This document shows positions 61,401 through 64,000 of a DNA stretch of 64,000 bases, piece after piece (positions within the stretch are counted from its first letter, which is position 1; every line of letters begins with the position of its first letter). A program made the position numbers and the translations under genes. Location: assembly GCF_020745735.1 (NCBI RefSeq), contig NC_083417.1, positions 38,192,001 through 38,256,000 of the forward strand, given 5' to 3'. This DNA is from Hemiscyllium ocellatum. Taxonomy: Eukaryota. The notes beneath the pieces were generated by a model, which was not told the origin of the DNA, ran no database searches, and saw only the letters and a list, made by a program, of their open reading frames with translations.

Positions 61401-64000
61401 TTAGGGATTCTACGATTCTAGCATTGCTTTGATTCATTTCATTGTCCTGAAATCTGAGAGGAAACTGAACTGCAAGTTTGCTTTTTAAAAATTTGACAAA
61501 GCAAGATAATAAATTCATGTTTTTATTGATACAGTTAAACATACAGGGCCACATCTCTTCCAATGAAGCCATCCTAAGGAGTCAATGTCTGCAGTTGTAC
61601 CAAATACACAGCCCTGGATTTAAAGGTCAATGCTTCCTTTTCCTTTAAATTTCTTGGCAGAACGTTCACTTGATCTCAGCTGAAACTTGCTACCATAGAT
61701 ATAGGAAACAAAGCCATCGATTTCCACACTGAAGATACTATCTTGCTTGGGAATAACTGGGTTGCAGAAGAGGAAAAAAATAAAGTAATTAGAACACTGT
61801 ATGAAGTCCAGTTGCTTCAAGTTTTTTGTTGTTATTTCAATATGCAACAACAAAAATATGCAGGAGCCACAGCTGGTGATGTTGCTGCCACAACAGAATC
61901 AATGCTTTTAAAAAATAACATTTACAATTTATATGTAAAACAGAGAATAATTGCTGAGAATGATTATAAACTGTTAACAAAAGGAATTGAAAAGCCCAAA
62001 ACCAACCATTAATTTATGCTTTGCAACCCACCAATTATCCACATAAAACTTCTAATGAACTGCTTTTGACTACAATTAGCTACAAAGTTCAAAGTTTAAA
62101 TTGAGTTTAGTCCCTGGAGTTCACACTTCACTGAGCACAGATGATGGAATATGACTAAGTAACGGAACTTTATCTCGCTCAGCTGTACTTTGGTTTCCTC
62201 TGCCAGAAACAGGCTGACCACAGGAAGGCAGTACATTTGTGTAACTCTGTCAGGCTTGATACCTATTTTGTCACAGCAGAACAACAGTATGAGTTTCAAT
62301 AATACAGACATTTAGGATTACCTTTTACTCAGTCAGGTCTAGGTCCCTTCACAACTCAGAGGAAGGAGAAAAACAATAGATAAAAGAAGTTGTTGACTAT
62401 TTCTATCACATACCATTTCAGACTGCAACAATAAATCAGCATGGATGAAGGTCAGGTTAACAGTATAAGATAATTGCTAGAATACCTTCATCCAAGAGGG
62501 AACATTAATTTACTTGGCCAAACCCAAGATCGGAAGTAGATCCGGTGATCAATTTGCTGATTATTTTTTGAAGGGTCACTGTCCTCGAAACATTAACTTT
62601 GCTTCACTCTGCACAGATGCTGCCAGACCTGTCGAGTTTCTTGAGCAATTTCTGTTTCAAATTTACAGCACACACATTTCTTTGTTTTTGTACACTAAGG
62701 GAATGAGGATAAAGTAACCTAAGGCCAGTTAACTTTGTAGAAAAGCTGGAAATAGCAAAATAAAGTACTTGTGTTTTCAGCTCATAGCTGGTCAGAAACC
62801 TTCCAGTTGCAGCTCAGTTGGCTGCACTGTCAGTTCTGATTCAAGTTCCACTCTAGAAACTAAGCATAAAAATAACCAAGGCTTACACTCCAGTCCAATG
62901 CTAAGAATGTCTGAGTTGTGGGACATGTTCTCTTTTGGAGGATATAGTAAATCAAGGCTCTATTTGGCCTACAGATGATTTGCAACTATCTATACCAAAG
63001 TGTAGGCCAATTGCACCCTCTCAAATTGGCCTATTTGTTACAGATAGTTGCAAAAGATTTGTTGGTACGAGTTTGAAAAAGTGGCAAAGACATCATCCCC
63101 AATGTCCCAGCTAAATCCGATCCCTCAAAACACAGAGGAAAAAAATTCTAATCATTTTGTGTCTGCGGGAGCTTGCTGTTTGTAAAGTTTATGCGATGTT
63201 TCCAACATTAATACTTCATATCTTTGCGAAAAGTATTTAGCTGTTATGAAAAGTACTAAGCTTAAGAATCAGAGATAATATACCACAATTCAAAACGTGG
63301 ACAAATGCAAGAGTTATCTTATTCTCTTTATACTTGAGTTTTTTTGTTTGCTATGAGCCATGCTACAACTGAGCTAGATACTAATCTGTAGATGTACAGT
63401 TTCCATTGTAAAGGCTGTGAAATACACTTATCGGACAGATCCAAAATTTGCAACAGTACCTTTAAGTCTATTTTCCTTAGTAATAATCTTGAATATATGC
63501 TTCATTTCCTGCAAAATAATGCCTGTGGCCCCTACATAGGATGGACATTTGGATTTCACCACTGTAATGCAAACAGATTTTCAATATAAAAAATTAATCA
63601 CACTAAAATGTTTAGCTGTTGTCTTCTTCAGGCAGACAGAATGACATGTTTAAGTTATTACTTGCTCATGTGCACTTTTAAACAAAAAAAATCAATCTAG
63701 TATTTCAGAAACTTGCTGGACCTATCTGGAAAAAAATAAAATTCAAACTTGAAGTCAAAAATTTGCTAGGTGCTGATGTGCCATAAATCAAAAGACAAAA
63801 AACTTTAAATTCCACGAGGTTTTATATAAAAATCATTTGTTCCTATTTTTGAAAACAAACTGAGATAGAGTGGTAGTTGGTTTATTAAGCGGAATGGTAA
63901 CTTATTAAATAAGTCAAACTATTTTACAAAAACAAACTGCATCTGAAAATAGTTTACAAAAAAGACTTAACAATTTCTGCCTGTTATCCCTACATTCCTC

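Overview
Eukaryotic, AT-rich, intron-rich DNA, most likely from a shark. This is inferred from many HE1/V-SINE copies, CR1 LINEs sharing their 3' tail, L2/Tx1 remnants, solo LTRs and Penelope-like (PLE) elements. No rRNA, tRNA gene or CRISPR array was found. The main content is a minus-strand immune locus reconstructed by hand from GT/AG sites and codon phases. A signal-peptide exon (54496-54547) is followed by Ig V, C1 and atypical C1 exons (B7-H6/NCR3LG1-, tapasin- or SIRP-like). About 4.7 kb downstream come an ATG-less CARD exon, a NACHT/HD1/WHD/HD2 exon and six LRR exons (NOD1/NLRC3-like NLR). All 12 exons join in frame (3831 nt, 1276 aa), suggesting an Ig-NLR fusion gene. Two tandem genes cannot be excluded from DNA alone, and no transmembrane exon was found. 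This copy carries one in-frame TAG at 32154-32156. Also notable are PLE insertions with 5' inversions, 14-17 bp target-site duplications and hammerhead-ribozyme-like cores.
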